Made by a program: the position numbers and the translations under genes. Below, piece after piece: positions 38,391 to 54,252 of a stretch of DNA of 64,000 bases; position 1 is the first letter of the stretch, and every line of letters begins with the position of its first letter. Below the pieces are notes generated by a model. It was not told where the DNA came from. It saw only the letters and a program-made list of their open reading frames with translations, and made no database searches. This DNA is from Eledone cirrhosa. Lineage: Eukaryota. Location of the stretch: NCBI GenBank assembly GCA_964016885.1, contig OZ024741.1, positions 293,942,001 through 294,006,000 on the forward strand. Reading direction: 5' to 3'.

Positions 38391-40289
38391 TGAAGAAAAA
38401 AAGTTCGTCTGGGATAGCATATCTGTTGACAAAGTTGTGGCTGGCAAAATATATTCGTTTCCCCCAGTTGCTGAGAGCCCTTACTATGCCACACACAATG
38501 TGTCATTGTGCCTATATTAGAGACCATTGATGAGAGGTTTACTAGCTTCCTGGAAAAATCCAAAACTACTTCATATTAGTACATGCAAAAAAAAATACAA
38601 TTATTGTGGTGTAAACAAACATATTTTTCTATCAGAAAAACAAACTTTTAATGAATATTACATCATTAATCCTCAGGTACATCAAACTACATTAGAAACA
38701 CATTCTTGAAAAGTACAAAACAGTACTATGACTGCATCACTTTGATAATTAGTCTTTAGTCAAATACTGCAAATTTTTACGATCTGAATTAAAACAGAAA
38801 CATTTAAAAATAATTTCTGCTATCTCATTACAGGATGTGAAGCATTAAAGATATAGTTAAATTGCATCATGGAATCAATGTCATCTATCTTCTCCTTTTG
38901 GTTTCTTGAGCAGTTTGATATCCACTGCTAGCCTGCTAAGCCTATTGCATCTTTGTCAAAGTCCTGTTAGCCAGATATTTTTGAGTTGTCCTGGATGGAA
39001 GTTATTGGTTTGTAGGAAGACATACACACCATCATAGCATGCCATATTCTATCTGTAACCACCTCCCACTGATTAAATAAGTCTTCATCCCTGCCCTCAC
39101 CAACCTGACCTAGACTCTGAACAAAGCCCTGAGTCAAACCTCACAACAGATGGGTAGCTGGTAAAAGCAGATGGGACCAGTTCAGAAACAAATAGTTGGT
39201 ACCATACCTATCATTTGATTCATAGCTGATAAGAATGATAATTGGCTAGCTAGCCCTGAGGGCATATAAAACCTTTGCCTTTTCGTCCATTTGAGCTTGA
39301 TAAAAAACGCCAGTATAGTACTGGGGTCGATTCTTCCTATATATCTTTTTCTCACTTCCATTCTCCCACTTTCTATCCTTCTCTGGAAAAAAATCTTCTA
39401 TATTCAGACCTGGAGAATAGATGGGTTCCACTAGGTTGCAAAATACCCTAGAAATGTTGTATGTTAATACAGTGCCCCTACAACATCATTTGGAGTTATG
39501 GGAACATACCATACATGAAATACCATGTAGGTGTTACAGAAATGTTCCTCACTCACAGCATGACACTATTATTAGCCTTACACCTTGCTTCAAATTGCCA
39601 ACCCTCAAAACGCCATATTCTCAAGACATCTCCAGAAATGCACCTGAACAACAAAAAAAGAAAGAAAGAAATATTTTTAAAATCAATACCTTCTCTCTTT
39701 CAATCCTTTTGATACCAAACCACCTGAAACCGCCCCAGGTTATGTAGTAAAATGCTGTAAATTTTAATGTGTATATATCTGTCTAAAACTCTTTTATCAT
39801 AATTCTATGTAAACACAAATGTAATAATAAGAGAGTTATATTGCTCATTCCCTCTAAATTCTTCATTATTTTCAAAAGTATTTGAAATAGTGACTTTCAT
39901 TAGAAATATGATAATGAAAGTGTTCTGTCCTCTCACATTTTCAAATATTTAAGATGTTTCTTGAGATATAAATTACCATGTGTGTTTGAACAAAGTCTGA
40001 TTGAGTTTGCAGTCTACAATATACTTTTTTTACTATTTGATGTCTGCAAGCTCGTTGACTTGTGTTATGTTACAACATTTCAATTAAATTGAACTAAGGA
40101 ATATTTGGAATGAAAACATTTTATCTCAAAACGACATGTTAAGAATTTGAATATCTGTCAGCATAGATGTAAACTTTCACCAAAAAGAAATTGCATCATT
40201 AAAACTTGTTTAAATATATGATAGGGTGGGGGTTATAATGTACAGTATTTTTGTAACTAATTATAAATTTTATCACTTTGTAGTATAAT

Positions 40290-40440
40290 ATTGGTTTCTG
40301 ATTTACCACACACTTGCCGATAATTTAGGGTGAAGGTACTTTATTTTATTAATCCTGTAAGGATGAAAGGCAAAGCTAGGATTTTTACTCAGAACGTAAA
40401 GGGCCGTAACTCAATGCTGCAAGGCATGTTATCCAACACT
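40290..40440 (-). mobile_element. SINE family 1, diverged
   Basis: gtaaggatgaaaggcaaag...ctcagaacgtaaagggccgtaact. Confidence 0.7.
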
Positions 40441-40898
40441 GAACTGCATGGGTGATAAAACATTTGTGCACAATGCAAAAGTTTGAGGTGATCCCACTGT
40501 GAGCACCAGAAGGGAAAGCTAATTTTAAAAAATTGTGTTCTTTTTTATGTCATTAGGGTAGGATTTGAAGACAAATTCTCATCCTTTCACTGTGGTTTGC
40601 CTGCTTGTAAGAAGAAATTCTACTCTAGTAATTTCTTTACCCGAACTCTCTTCCTTCTTATTTCCCTAATGGCAATAATCTTGATTCTCTTAAAAATCTT
40701 CTTCTGATCATTTTCTGGTTTTTTAGAACAGTATCTCATTATGTTTTTATGTTTTACTTTTTCTTTTATTACTCCAACCAACAAATTAAATGATTGCTTG
40801 AGGCTTGCTGCATTGATGGTTACTTCCTGCCTTGTTGGAAGTAATTTTCAAAAAAGAAAATGCATTTAGTTCTAGATTAATGAGTAATATATATATAT

Positions 40899-41008
40899 AT
40901 ATTTATTAAAATAACAGATTTGCTCTACGGTTCTTATATATTTGATATATATTTATCCCTATCGAGCCCTCTTTGGATTTTAGTCTTCAAATTTATTATT
41001 ATTACTAT
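40899..41008 (+). mobile_element. Hairpin-tail family copy 2
   Basis: Short inverted segment plus tail matching 15215-15291. Confidence 0.6.
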
Positions 41009-42763
41009 AGAGAGAATTGATCTAGATGAAATGCAGTTCGGGTTTGTGTCAGGCAAAAGTACCACAGACGCTCTTTTCATTGTACGACAACTACAGGAGC
41101 AGTACCTAGCTAAAAGTAAACCCCTATACTTAGCTTTTGTCGACTTGGAGAAAGCCTTCGACAGAGTCCCCCGTTCCATTATCTGGTGGGCTCTTAGAAA
41201 ACTAGGTGTTAACGAATGGCTTGTGAGAGCTATACAAGCCATATATAAAGAAACAGTCAGCAAGGTTAGAATTAACAACGAATATGGTGAAGACTTTAGC
41301 GTAAAAGTTGGCATCCATCAGGGCTCTGTTCTCAGTCCCCTACTATTTATTATTGCCCTTCAGGCTATAACAGAGGAGTTCAAGACCGGCTGCCCATGGG
41401 AACTCCTATACGCAGATGATCTAACACTCATAGCTGAATCAATGGCCGAGCTAGAGAAGAAGTTCCAAACATGGAAGCACGGCCTAGAATCAAAAGGCCT
41501 TAAAATTAACCTGGCTAAGACCAAAGTTCTAGTTTGTAGGAAAGAAAATAAGGCGGCGGTCCCTTCCGGGAAGTGGCCATGCTCAGTGTGTAGGAAAGGC
41601 GTAGGCAGACACTCCATTTTGTGTCCCAAATGCAAAGTATGGGTGCATAAAAGATGTAGCGGGATCACAGGTAAGCTAACTAAGAACATAGATTTTACAT
41701 GTGGCCGGTGCTCTGGTGCAATAAGTAGCAGAAAGTGCCCACAAAATACTAGCTCTTTCAACTGCGCAGAGGGCTCTATAGAAATAGTGGACAGCTTCCG
41801 TTACCTGGGTGACAAAATCAGCAGTGGGGGAGGGTGCTCTGAAAGTACAGTAGCTAGAGTCAGAACTGGATGGAAAAAGTTCAGAGAGCTTATACCACTT
41901 TTAGCTGCTAAAGGGTTCTCCCTAAAAATGAAAGGCAGGTTGTATGATGCCTGCATACGAGCAGCAATGTTGCATGGCAGTGAGACCTGGGCATTGTGTG
42001 CAGAGGATATACGCAGACTAGAGAGGAACGAAGCTTGCATGCTCTGCTGGATGTGTAATAGTAATATACGTGAACGGCAAAGCATAAACGAACTAAGGAA
42101 AAAATTAGAAATAAGAGGGATCAGATGTTGTTTACTCGAGAGAAGGCTACGTTGGTATGGTCATGTGATGCGCATGAAAGACGATAGCTGTATAACAAAG
42201 TGCAGGGCAATAAAGATAGACGGTAGCCACGGAATAGGCAGACCCAGAAAAACCTGGGACGAGCTGATAAATTCTGACCTCACACACTTACACCTCTCCA
42301 AGACAATGTTACTGGACCGAGACCTTTGGCGGTACTCAGTAATAGAGAAGACCCGCCTTACCTAAATACAAAGTAAAACCTACTACAGTCAGTAGGCATC
42401 TCTAACAAAATACACCCCGTCCCACCACCCCCACCCCATCCACACCGCCTCTTTCAATGTAAAGTTATGTTGGTGCCACAACATCCAGGTCGAAACAAAT
42501 GAGATCGTGTAGGTGTCACGACAAAAAACACACAGTCCACGCTGTAATGTGGCCGTGTAGGCAACACGGTAAAAACCTCCCAGCCCCACACTGTAAATGT
42601 GGTTGGTGTTAGGAAGGGCATCCAGCTGTAGAAAACCCGCCAGACAGTCCTATGCGAGCAAGACAATCACTCTTGCCTCAAGTGAGAAAACCCCCATCCA
42701 AACCCATGCAAGCGTGGAACACGGACGTTAAACGTTCATGATGATGATGATGATGATGATGAT
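41009..42763 (+). mobile_element. RTE subfamily C, 5'-truncated, uninterrupted frame to 42365
   Basis: Nearly identical protein to 30640-31995; 3'UTR and tail intact. Confidence 0.95.
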
Positions 42764-42774
42764 ATATATATATA

Positions 42775-42957
42775 TAAAACGAAGGAGTTGTGTTAAGGAA
42801 CCAGATGGACCATAACGCACCAGAGTACTCAATACTTAGGGTAGTAGAGTGGGTAATAAGAAAATGTATGACCCCGACGGCAGAGCTCAAGCCGTTTCAA
42901 CGTCCAGAAATAGCCGTCAAAACGGCTTGAGCTCTGCCGTTGGGGTCATACATTTTC
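42775..42957 (-). mobile_element. Penelope-like hairpin (38-bp arms ~42861-42898 / 42920-42957) plus tail
   Basis: gaaaatgtatgacccc...gccgttt inverted; minus strand GAAAC-ggc..gcc-GTC hammerhead 3' half; tail related to 43200-43265. Confidence 0.55.
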
Positions 42958-42983
42958 ATATATATATATATATATTTATATAT

Positions 42984-43099
42984 ATATTTATTAAAATAAC
43001 AGATTAAAGTTTAAGCAAAGAATCGCTGCTTTCACCCTTAACGGGATCTTCTGAAACATCGAGCCCTCTTTGGATTTTAGTCTTCAATTTTATTATTAT

Positions 43100-43105
<6 letters not shown>
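42984..43105 (+). mobile_element. Hairpin-tail family copy 3
   Basis: Longer inverted segment plus the same terminal tail as 15146 and 40899. Confidence 0.6.
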
Positions 43106-43146
<41 letters not shown>

Positions 43147-43263
43147 AAAGAGTCGAGGCCTGACAGCTAAGCTCTTGGCATTTCGACACTTAGTTCCAGA
43201 CTAACTCTACTATCCAAAGTACTCTGTTGAATAATGGTCTAACTAGTTCAATACTGGTTTAAT

Positions 43264-43305
<42 letters not shown>

Positions 43306-43551
43306 TTTTTTATATTGTGTATATGTGAAGGAAATTAGATTCAATCATGTCTCTATATAAAACACTATAGGATAAATTGGTTTCATTAATATATAATATA
43401 ATATCTCTTCTAGTAGAATTGCTTTCTTAATTTTAATTTTAAACACTTTCTAGTTTATCATACTTAAAATGCCCTGAAATCCTTAATATAGTTGCAGGCA
43501 TGCCTTGCAGCCACATGCTTTTGGGTTGAGTCGCCCTTTGTGGCAGCTTGA

Positions 43552-44408
43552 ATAAATTAAGGGTTGTGTCAATAAAAATATTCTAACAGGTTTTTTTTTT
43601 TGAATCAATTGACAAGATCCCAGACATCATTCACTTACTGAGTGGGGTGGAACACGTCAAATCAAACCAAGAAAACAATGTTTCCATGGTCTTTGCAATT
43701 ACTGATACTATCCAGCGGCTACAACATCACACTCTAATGACTGAAATCCATAAAATAGCATTTATTTGATAATATTACAATGACATATATAATTATATTA
43801 TACAGGATATCTTTATTCATTGTTTGTTTTCTGGTCTATCAAGTGATATGAAAAACTATATGAAATTGCTATACGAAGATAATGATCACTTGTCATAAAA
43901 AACAGGAAGTTACAATATCTTTGCAATCATGAAAATTTCCGGATGCTGGCAAGTAGAAGAGCAAGAAAATGGGAAATTTTGATGTATACATGATTAGCTC
44001 TGATAAAACGAGAATTGTGTAAAAAGAACATTCTGACAGCTTTTAGTACTATGGTATTTTAGATATGAACTCAGGAAAGCAAAATTATCAATTTGAATGA
44101 ATCAGTTATCCGATAGCTCTAATAGATCAAGGGTGTGTAAAGTGGACAATCTAACAGGTTTTACTGCTATTGCAATTGAAACCTGAGCTCAGGAATACTG
44201 CATTATCAATTTCAATACATTAATTATCTGATAAATTAAGGGTTGTGTCAAGAAAAAATATTCTAACAGGTTTTTTTTTTGGAATCAATTGACAAGATCC
44301 CAGACCTCATTCACTTACGGAGTGCAGTGGAAGATGTCAAATCAAATCAAGAAAACAATGTTTCCATTGGTCTTTCCAATTACTGATACTATCCAGTGGC
44401 TACAACAT
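43552..44408. repeat. ~175-bp direct duplication (43552-43728 and 44231-44408)
   Basis: ataaattaagggttgtgtcaa...ggctacaacatc occurs twice with scattered substitutions. Confidence 0.85.
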
Positions 44409-45907
44409 CTGGCAGAAAGAGCAACATGAAATAAATTATATTGCTCAATAACATGTGTCACCTCATAACATGTGCACAAACTCAGAACAGATATTGCTAG
44501 CTCTAAATTCTGCAATGCTCTAAATTCTGCAATTCCACTGACCTGAAATTGAATTTGCTTTTCATTCTTTCTGGGTTGATAAATTTAACCTCAATAAGAT
44601 TTGTACTCAGAACACAGAATGCCAGAAACAATATTGGCATGCATTTTGTCCTATGCTTTAACTCCTCTGACAGTTGGCATCTGTTCTGGAGAATTCAAAA
44701 TCAGAATATAGTGATCATAGGAAGGATATAAATCTTACCAAAAATAGAATGTAAGTGTAAGATTGGTCGTTAGACACATCTAATAAGGGAAGTAACTCTG
44801 ATTAAAAACTCTTTCAGTCCGTAACAAGCCATCCAACCTATACCAACATGGAAATCGGCTGTCAAAAGATGAGGATGGCATTGCTGGTGGTGGTTGGCAA
44901 TGAGGATTACAATTTTGGTAGTTATGATGATGATCATCATCACCATGGTAATTGGTGGTGGGTTTGATGATGATTGTGGAGGTGATGTGATGGCGATTGT
45001 ATTTGTGATGATGATAATTGTGGTGGGGGATAGTAAGACAAACCACACTTGACTATTTAGCCCCCTAGCATGATAATACTGTGCTTCTTTAATATCTCTC
45101 AGTAACTCCCTCTATCACACTTCATATAATAACAAAAGAATATATTTACACATATTGTCAACACACTGGTGCTGGTGCTGGTGGTTGGCTTCTGGATTCT
45201 TCTTTTATCAAAAAATTGTTTATATCATGAATAGAAAAAAAACCACAGGAAGGAAAAGACAGCCACCCCCAAAGAAAGTGCACAAAATATAGAAAAAAAG
45301 AAGAGAAATTATAGGAAAATCTATGGCTTCTCCACTAAAATGTTCGTATTAGAAGTGACACATACAGACAAGATTTACAACACATACACACGCATGCATA
45401 TACACACATATGTTCACTATACACATATATACAGTCACACATACTCACACACATATGTGCACACTACATTTACACTTGCATACAGACAGACATGTACACA
45501 CATACATGTACATACATACATACAGACACACTTGTATATACATACACACACATACACAATCATATAATACATACATACAAATATACACTTGCGCATACAT
45601 GCAGACACATCACACACATATACACACACATGTACACATATCCCATGCATATGCAAAATCATGCATACATATACATAAATAAATACACATACATACAAAC
45701 AAGCATTCACACAGACCTACACATATACACACATGTTCACCTATACACATATACACACATGTTCACCTATACACATATATACAAGCATATAGACAGAAAG
45801 TGTATTAAGAAAGGAAATGAATATGTCATGCTGGCAGCAATGGGCAGATAATGAAAATGTTTACATATGTTTAATTCTAATGAAAGTTTCTTTTACTCAG
45901 TTAGAGT

Positions 45908-45961
<54 letters not shown>

Positions 45962-46055
45962 TATGTGTATACATGCTCACACACACACACAGATATATAT
46001 ACACACACGTATATGTTTATTTCCTATATATGTGTGTATATGTGTGTCAATATAC

Positions 46056-46141
<86 letters not shown>

Positions 46142-46799
46142 ATATATATACATACACACACACAAATATTCAAGTGTGGAAAAGCGGACATAAAAACGAT
46201 GATTATAGATATATACAGAGAAAGAGAGAGAGAGAGAGAGAGAGAATGGGTAGGATGATGAAGACATTTTATTTGCTTAACAAGTGTTTCAACAAGAAAG
46301 AGTTGAAAAAAGGGAAATGCTGAAAAATCACTCAAGGTCCATTATTACTATATAGAGATGTTTCTGTTGAATTATATAGGAAAATATGCTGCTTCATGAA
46401 AAACGTTTAATTATTTAATTTCTTATATTTTATTATGTATATGAGGATACAGGGCAGAGTGAAATAAAGGGTTAATGGTGAGCTTGAGCGATTTTTTTTC
46501 ACCATTACCCTTTCTTGCTAAAACTAGTGTAAGACAAATGAAATGTTTTAATCTTGCTTTTCTATCCATTATTACATAAATAAACTTTTCTTTTGCATTT
46601 ATACAACATAACAGATTTGTTTAAATCCTTATAGCATATGGATTATAACTTGGATGAATGATTTGTTCTCTTTGCTGATTGTAAAACTACATGGAGCTTG
46701 AGATTTTGTTGGTATTACTTTCTTTACCTGAAGTTTTACCCTTGTTATATATATATGTATATATATACTACTTATGTATATACATATATATATATATAT

Positions 46800-47276
46800 A
46801 TCATCATCATCACCGTTTTACATCCATTCTTCCACGCTAGCATGGGTGAGACGGGTTGTCCTGTTGTGGGCAGTGTCCGGTCGGCTGACCTTGTCTTGCT
46901 CATACGGGAACTGATTCTGGCTTGATTTCTACAGCTGGATGCCCTTCCTAACACCAACCTCATTTACAGTGAGTGCTGGGTGCTTTTTTTCCATGACACC
47001 TACATGCCCACTTTACAGTGTGGGCTGGGTGCTTTTTTGCCGTGGCACCTCCACGACCACTTTGAAGTGGGAGGGTGTGGGGGCATATTGTCTATATGCT
47101 TCAGCTTCAGCTTGTACCCGTGGGGGGGTTGGGTCTTCTGTATTATTGCGTGACGCCAGAGGTCACAGTCGTGTGTCATCGCCTTTGAGAGGTGTAATTG
47201 GGTAAGGTCCATTTTTATCACCTCATCCCAGGTCTTCATGGGTCTCCCCACTCCGCGGTCTCCATCGACTTCTAGT
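46800..47276 (-). mobile_element. RTE subfamily B 3' fragment
   Basis: [13 protein letters not shown]; 3'UTR; (TA)n on both sides. Confidence 0.9.
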
Positions 47277-47458
47277 TGTATATACATATGTATATACATA
47301 CATATATATATATATCTTTATATATATATATACACGTATGTATATATATATACATGTGTATGTATGTGTATATATGAGTATGTATATATATATATATATA
47401 TATGTGTATATATTTACATATATATATATGTATGTACATGTATGTGTATATGTATAGA

Positions 47459-47493
<35 letters not shown>

Positions 47494-50400
47494 AAGAGTG
47501 TGTTGTAGTTTCCTTGAAGCATTATGTGTTAAGTATAAGAAGGTATGTAATTTGAATGCTGCAACAATGCAAAAGGTGTGGTATCATTTAAGATAAACGA
47601 ATGCTACTGTTTTACCTGTTCTTTATTCAAATAGGACTTTAATCTTTTAGATAAAATCTTCTCATCAGAAGTCAAAAACCTTGGAAAATAGAGAGAACGT
47701 TTTAGCTTGTATGTGCCATCTTTTCTCTCTGTTTATGCTGTTACTAGATGGAAGTTGTAGTAGGACGTGTGAGAAGTACTAATGTCTTTGTGTGTGTGAG
47801 TGTCAACATTTTCCCTCTTTTTTTAAATTTAATATTGTATTGTTTTAAGAGGGCAGTAAAACCAATTAAAGACTTTTACACATCATCCAACCTGTACCAG
47901 CAGGTTGGCTGACAGAGTCAGTACCTAAAATGAAGACGGTGGCCAGGGCTAGATTTAGACCTTCAGAGGCCCCTCATGTACAAAAGAATTAGAATACACA
48001 GCAAACTCCCAATTTTATGTATCAAATTCAGCTTGGCACAAGAAATTTGAATAGAAAAATAATATGCAGGTATTAAATTCAATAAAGCTTACCAGCCTAA
48101 AACTAAAATACCCAGCAGAGGACACAATTAAATTGCTACAGATGTCGCTGGTTGCCACCAAATGCAAGTGGCCAAGGGAAATTGCCCACTTTATCCTCCA
48201 TTAATTCTGGCCCAGCATACAATATGGTGGATAAAATACTATTGCTTAGTATACATTGCATTTCACTTGGATGAAAATATGCTTGTTAGTCCACAGGCAT
48301 TCTCTCAATCTTCAGAAATTCCAAGCTGGCCTTGCTTATCCTGTCACCATTTTAATGTGTATTCATGCTGATATATGTTGTATGGTTTTGTCATACAATG
48401 TATTGTTGTTTGCTTCACTCGTATGTTATGAATGTCTCTGAGGCCTAACATCATAATATCTAATCTCACCACATCTTCCCATCTATTCTCACTACAACCA
48501 ACACCACATGTTATTGAAATGTTCTACTATATTTATTGTGAAGGCTCCAGAGTGTCAAAGTCATTAGTGCATCATATTAGAAATGCCTTGGTTTTGTTTC
48601 TCCAGCTCACTGCACTCTAAGTTTAAATTGTGTCAAAGTCAGCCTTGCCTTTCACCCTTTAGAGATCAATAAATAAAATACTAGTCTTGCTCTTTCTTTG
48701 GAAGGAATTGCTGTGTTCAGACCTGTTGTGTGATAGGCTCTGACAGGTTTGAAATGCCCAAAACACATTTCATTTGCTACATTTAGTGTGCTGCCATATA
48801 CTGCTGCTTGTTACTATACATATAGTATATTTCGTACTTTGGTTTACTGGTATTCTATTAAAAGTCTATTTCACGGCTTCAATTTTGGCAATGAATATAC
48901 AATGTTTCTCCCTTTATGCTGAGCAAATTTAACTTTTAGATGACATCAAAATTTTGTACGTTTTGTTACTAACTACAACTTTGGTCATTACAACTTTTAA
49001 CCTACTGTCTCGGTGTTCTGACCCTGATGACGTTTTATTTATATCTTGCCAATCTGACCTTGTGCCTAAATCAGAAAGCATTATATCTTGCCAATACAGT
49101 ATTCCATTTTACTACACATCTGTTTATTACTGTTATTCAAACCCCTTTCTGTGCAAATCAGCAATAGCTTTATATTATTTGTTTAGCCTGAGTTCTTTGA
49201 TAAAACGTAGCTGGGGTTTCTGTCAATTCGGTACATTTATTTATTTATTTATTTATTATCTATTTAATTTTTCAGATTTATTTGATGAATATTAGTTGTT
49301 TAGTGATTTCCATGCAGCAACCTAGGGTTAAGGGCCAAATTCTCAGAAGACTTTCTGCTGTCCAGTTTTCCTTGGACTTTCTTACCACTGGGAATCATAC
49401 ATATGGCAGAGGACCAGGCATCAGAAAATTAAGTCTTTGAACTCTAGACTATTCTTCCAAACTTGGAATGTTTAATGTAACTTCTCTATAGATTATGGCA
49501 TCAGATCCAGGTTATGAATTTGTTAAATATTCCCAAGGATATTTGTTCATGAATTCCAGTTTTATAGCCTTAAGTACAGCTGTACCAAGTTTTGAACTTA
49601 TGACTAAGTGATTAATGAATTAGCTCCTCAATATTTCACCATTCTTCTTCCATGCTTTTATTTAATAACATAGTTTGATCTTATTGGAATTTTCAGTTTT
49701 TTTTTTCTGACTCTGTCTGCTGTTAAGCTTCTTCAGTATGTTGACTCCAAGCTTAACATTGTTTTCCATATTTTCTGTGACAATATAATGCTCTTCTCTC
49801 TCACTTCTTTGTTCAAGTCAAAGGTGTGAGTTTTCATAAAGTATTGTAACAAACAAATTAAAATAGAAAAAGGCAGCATTAATAACATTCCGGAATCTTC
49901 TACAGATTAGTTCACCAAAGCATCTTTCTTAAATGAGTTCATTCAAGATTTTATATGAAAATTGAATTTTCTCTTCATATTCAATTAAATCTCAGAAGAC
50001 TGAAGCATACAACATGTAATCTCTTCTCTTCAGCTATATTGCATCATTTGCTAGAATTTAAAATTTAGTCTTTTAATAAGATTACAGAAGGAGTCAGTAT
50101 ACTGTACAGAATAATTCTTTAAAATTTCTTATATATTTCTTCCTTTTTCGTTTTCTAAATGTATTTATTTTCTTATATTTTTAATTCATGTCGGATGGAT
50201 GCTCTCTATTGCCATCTTGCCATTTATGCATGGATTTTTGTCTCACCATAACTTAAATAGAACAGCTTGTTATTTTAATTACATGTCAGCTTGTTATATC
50301 TGTTTCATGACAAAAATGTTACTATTTTTCTTCTTTTGGGGGGGGTTGCTATTTTTTTTTTTTTTTTTTTTATGCCATGCACACTTGAAGGATAGAGAAA

Positions 50401-52123
50401 CGCTGTTGAAGAAAAGTGTCGTCAATATGTGATAAGAGTTTTTCTTGAGGCTAAAAGATGTTTGATTATTGACCATGTTCAACTCATTAAAGCTCATTTC
50501 ATATCCATGTACAACTGTCAGCAATTTATTTGCTTTATTAGATTTGTTGTTTACAATCATTTTTTTAAAGAAACAAAGGCTACGTGGGAGGCTAAGATGA
50601 TGGAATACTGGTTACTATGGTCATGAGTTCAAATTTCACTGTAGAGCCACAGTTGCCATATTAATCTAGAAGTAGCAGATTTCCTAACAATTTTAAATGA
50701 GGAATTAATATAATAATCTCTATATTGATTCAATTTAACTGTGGATTTTGCTTCATGAGACCAGTGAACAGTAGAGCAATGGTGTAATCTTTTATATATC
50801 AAGGAATATGACTTGAAAAAATGAGTCTAAGTTGTAGAGCAAATTCTTGCAGATTGCCATTTCACACTAAAGCACAATAGATGTGGTTGGGGTACCCCAG
50901 AAAACAGATATTTCTACTGACATGGATTTGATAAGAAACGAATTTGAGAACAACCGGTACTTCAAGAGCTTGTGATCTTCAGTCTGTTAGGCAACTGAAC
51001 TTTTGCTAGGATGTGGCTACAGAAAATGTCATTGCAGGTTACCTCCCAAATAAGAAGCTTATCAACTATTCTATTTTCAAAAAGTGCATACCACTATTTC
51101 GCTTTTAGGTTACTCCTCATTTTAAAATTCTAATTCTTAAAGATAAAAATCCTATTGAATAGAACCACAATACAGACAATTTATCTATCTACCTCCTCTC
51201 TCTCTATATATATATATATATTTTTTTTTTAATTTACTTGGAAATTTTTCTTTTTATGTGACTTTCTAACATTACTTTGAAAATTTTGCATTACTTTTTG
51301 TGAAATCGATCTGACAACCCTGTACATGTTTGAGGCCATATGAACTATTCAAAGAGCTTTTACATATCAAATTAATTTCCTCTATTTAACAGGCAGATTT
51401 CCCTTAAGAAATTGTTTAATGTCTTCACACATGCAATCATAAATGTACAACTTAACAAGCTAGGTATAGTAAATGGATCTAGGCACTTTAGCCCTAGTTC
51501 ATCTAAATAAGATATTTAACCCTTTTGTTGCCATATTTCTAATGAAAGCCACTACCTGTGATTTTCAAATAATTTTGAAAATAATCAAAAATTCAGAGGA
51601 ATTTTGCAATACAATTAACATCCTCACTAAGTTAGTGTTGGAACATAATTTACCAAAGTTTCTTACATAATATTATGATGGAAGGTTTTTAGAATCACCT
51701 TAAAACAAACAGTTTTGTATCATAGAACTAAAGGTAGTTTCAGGAGGTTTTGAGTTAAATGGATTAACTTAAAACCATTAAAAATGTTTATACTTAAGAA
51801 ATTTTCTGTCAATTATGTTCTGACATCAATTTGATGACTAAATCCCTTCAAATTTTTGTTTATTTCCAAAATTACTTGAAATACTCATGTAGTGTGTATT
51901 TCATTACAAAATTATCATAAACAGGTTAATCACAGAGAGTGCAAAATGTATCAGCATATAGATGGTGTTATGACTTTATATGTTTGTAACATAAACAAAT
52001 ATGAAGAATGGTCTTCAAATATACCATATATACCAGATAGAGAGAATATTGAATATTCACCACTCACATACCCATATGTCTATGTATGTATGTATGTATG
52101 TATATATGTATGTATGTATGTAT

Positions 52124-52542
52124 CAGTGGCGAAGGGTAACCTGGAAAGCAGGGTATGCAGTCCAATCGCCATGGCGGAAAGTGGGGCTGTGCAGCCTTAC
52201 CCCACTCCCAATTCCCTCTAAATGACCCTCCCGGTCAAAGCCGCATGTAGTGTTATCTAGTGTGTGTGTGTTATCTTTTTATGTGACTACGATTTAGTAC
52301 GCAGTCAAAATTCTGCTTGCCCCAAAGCTGTTGTGTGTATGTGTGTGTGTGTGTGTATGTGTGTGTGTGTTATCTTTTTATGTGTCTACGATTTAGTAAG
52401 CAGTCAAAATTCTGCTTGCCCCAAAGCTGTCGTGTGTTTGTGTGTAAGTCTGTGTGTGTATGTGTGTTATCTTTTTATGTGTCTACGATTTAGTAAGCAG
52501 TCAAAATTCTGCTTGCTCCAAAGCTGTCGTGTGTTTGTGCGT

Positions 52543-52595
<53 letters not shown>

Positions 52596-52723
52596 GTTTT
52601 TTTGTGTCTATACGTTTTAGTAAGCAGCCAAAATTCTGCTTGCTTCAACCGACGCAATTGATCAACTCAAGATTCTATAACACATGCACTGCATGCGTTG
52701 CATGCACAGACCCTTCACCCCTG
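52124..52723. mobile_element. hAT-type MITE, copy 2
   Basis: TIRs CAGTGGCGAAGGGT / ACCCTTCACCCCTG; GTATGTAT on both sides; one more internal unit than copy 1. Confidence 0.82.
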
Positions 52724-53297
52724 GTATGTATGTATGTATGTATGCATGCATGCATGTGTGTAGCCATTTATGTATATGTGTATATGCATGTATGTATGTA
52801 AATATTGTGTGCATATATGTATGTATACATGTATATCTCTACACATATATATGAGTGTGTGTGAAAGAGAGCGTAATTCGATATGGCATTCAAAGCAGGA
52901 CAATAAAACCCCCCAAAATACTATTGAGTATGATTGATGTAGTTGTTGTAGCAGAAGGGTTAGTTATTGTAGTTGTCATTGCAGTAGTTGGTGTTATAGT
53001 TGTAATTTGTCTTTTAGTATTTATAGTTGTATTTGTTGCTGCTGTAGTATTAAAGTAGAGGCCGACAGTCTATCTCTTACCTGCCTATCTATGTTTTGTC
53101 TGTCTTCTAATCAATTCTCAAAGAATTGCCTCAACAAAAGCTTCCTGTTATTTACTATAGAAACCTTTTGTGAATGATGCCTTTTGTAAAGAATTAGAAT
53201 ATGTGAAAAGCGATATGTCTTTTGTTATTAGAAGTATTAATAGTAATTAAATCTTTAGCCAAGTTAATAATACATAGAAATTACCATATAAATAATA

Positions 53298-54048
<751 letters not shown>

Positions 54049-54252
54049 TAAGATCAAAAGATGGTTAAAAGAGTTCCAAGTATTTTATTAGGTGGATTTC
54101 AAAAACAAATATCATCATGGAATGATATCTGCGTTTTCATCAGATTAAATAGGGATACATGATATGAAGCTTAAAAAACAATTGTGAATAGTGAACATTT
54201 AAATCAACATATCCTACATTACATATACATATATATATATATACATATATAT

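Noticed and set aside
40920-42365. 481-aa ORF as an intact functional gene
   Set aside because: The first ~30 codons come from an adjacent unrelated repeat; the element lacks the endonuclease and the start of RT.
47944-48214. Possible old hAT MITE (cagggctagatt / aattctggcccag)
   Set aside because: TIR match is weak, no TSD, single copy in the window.
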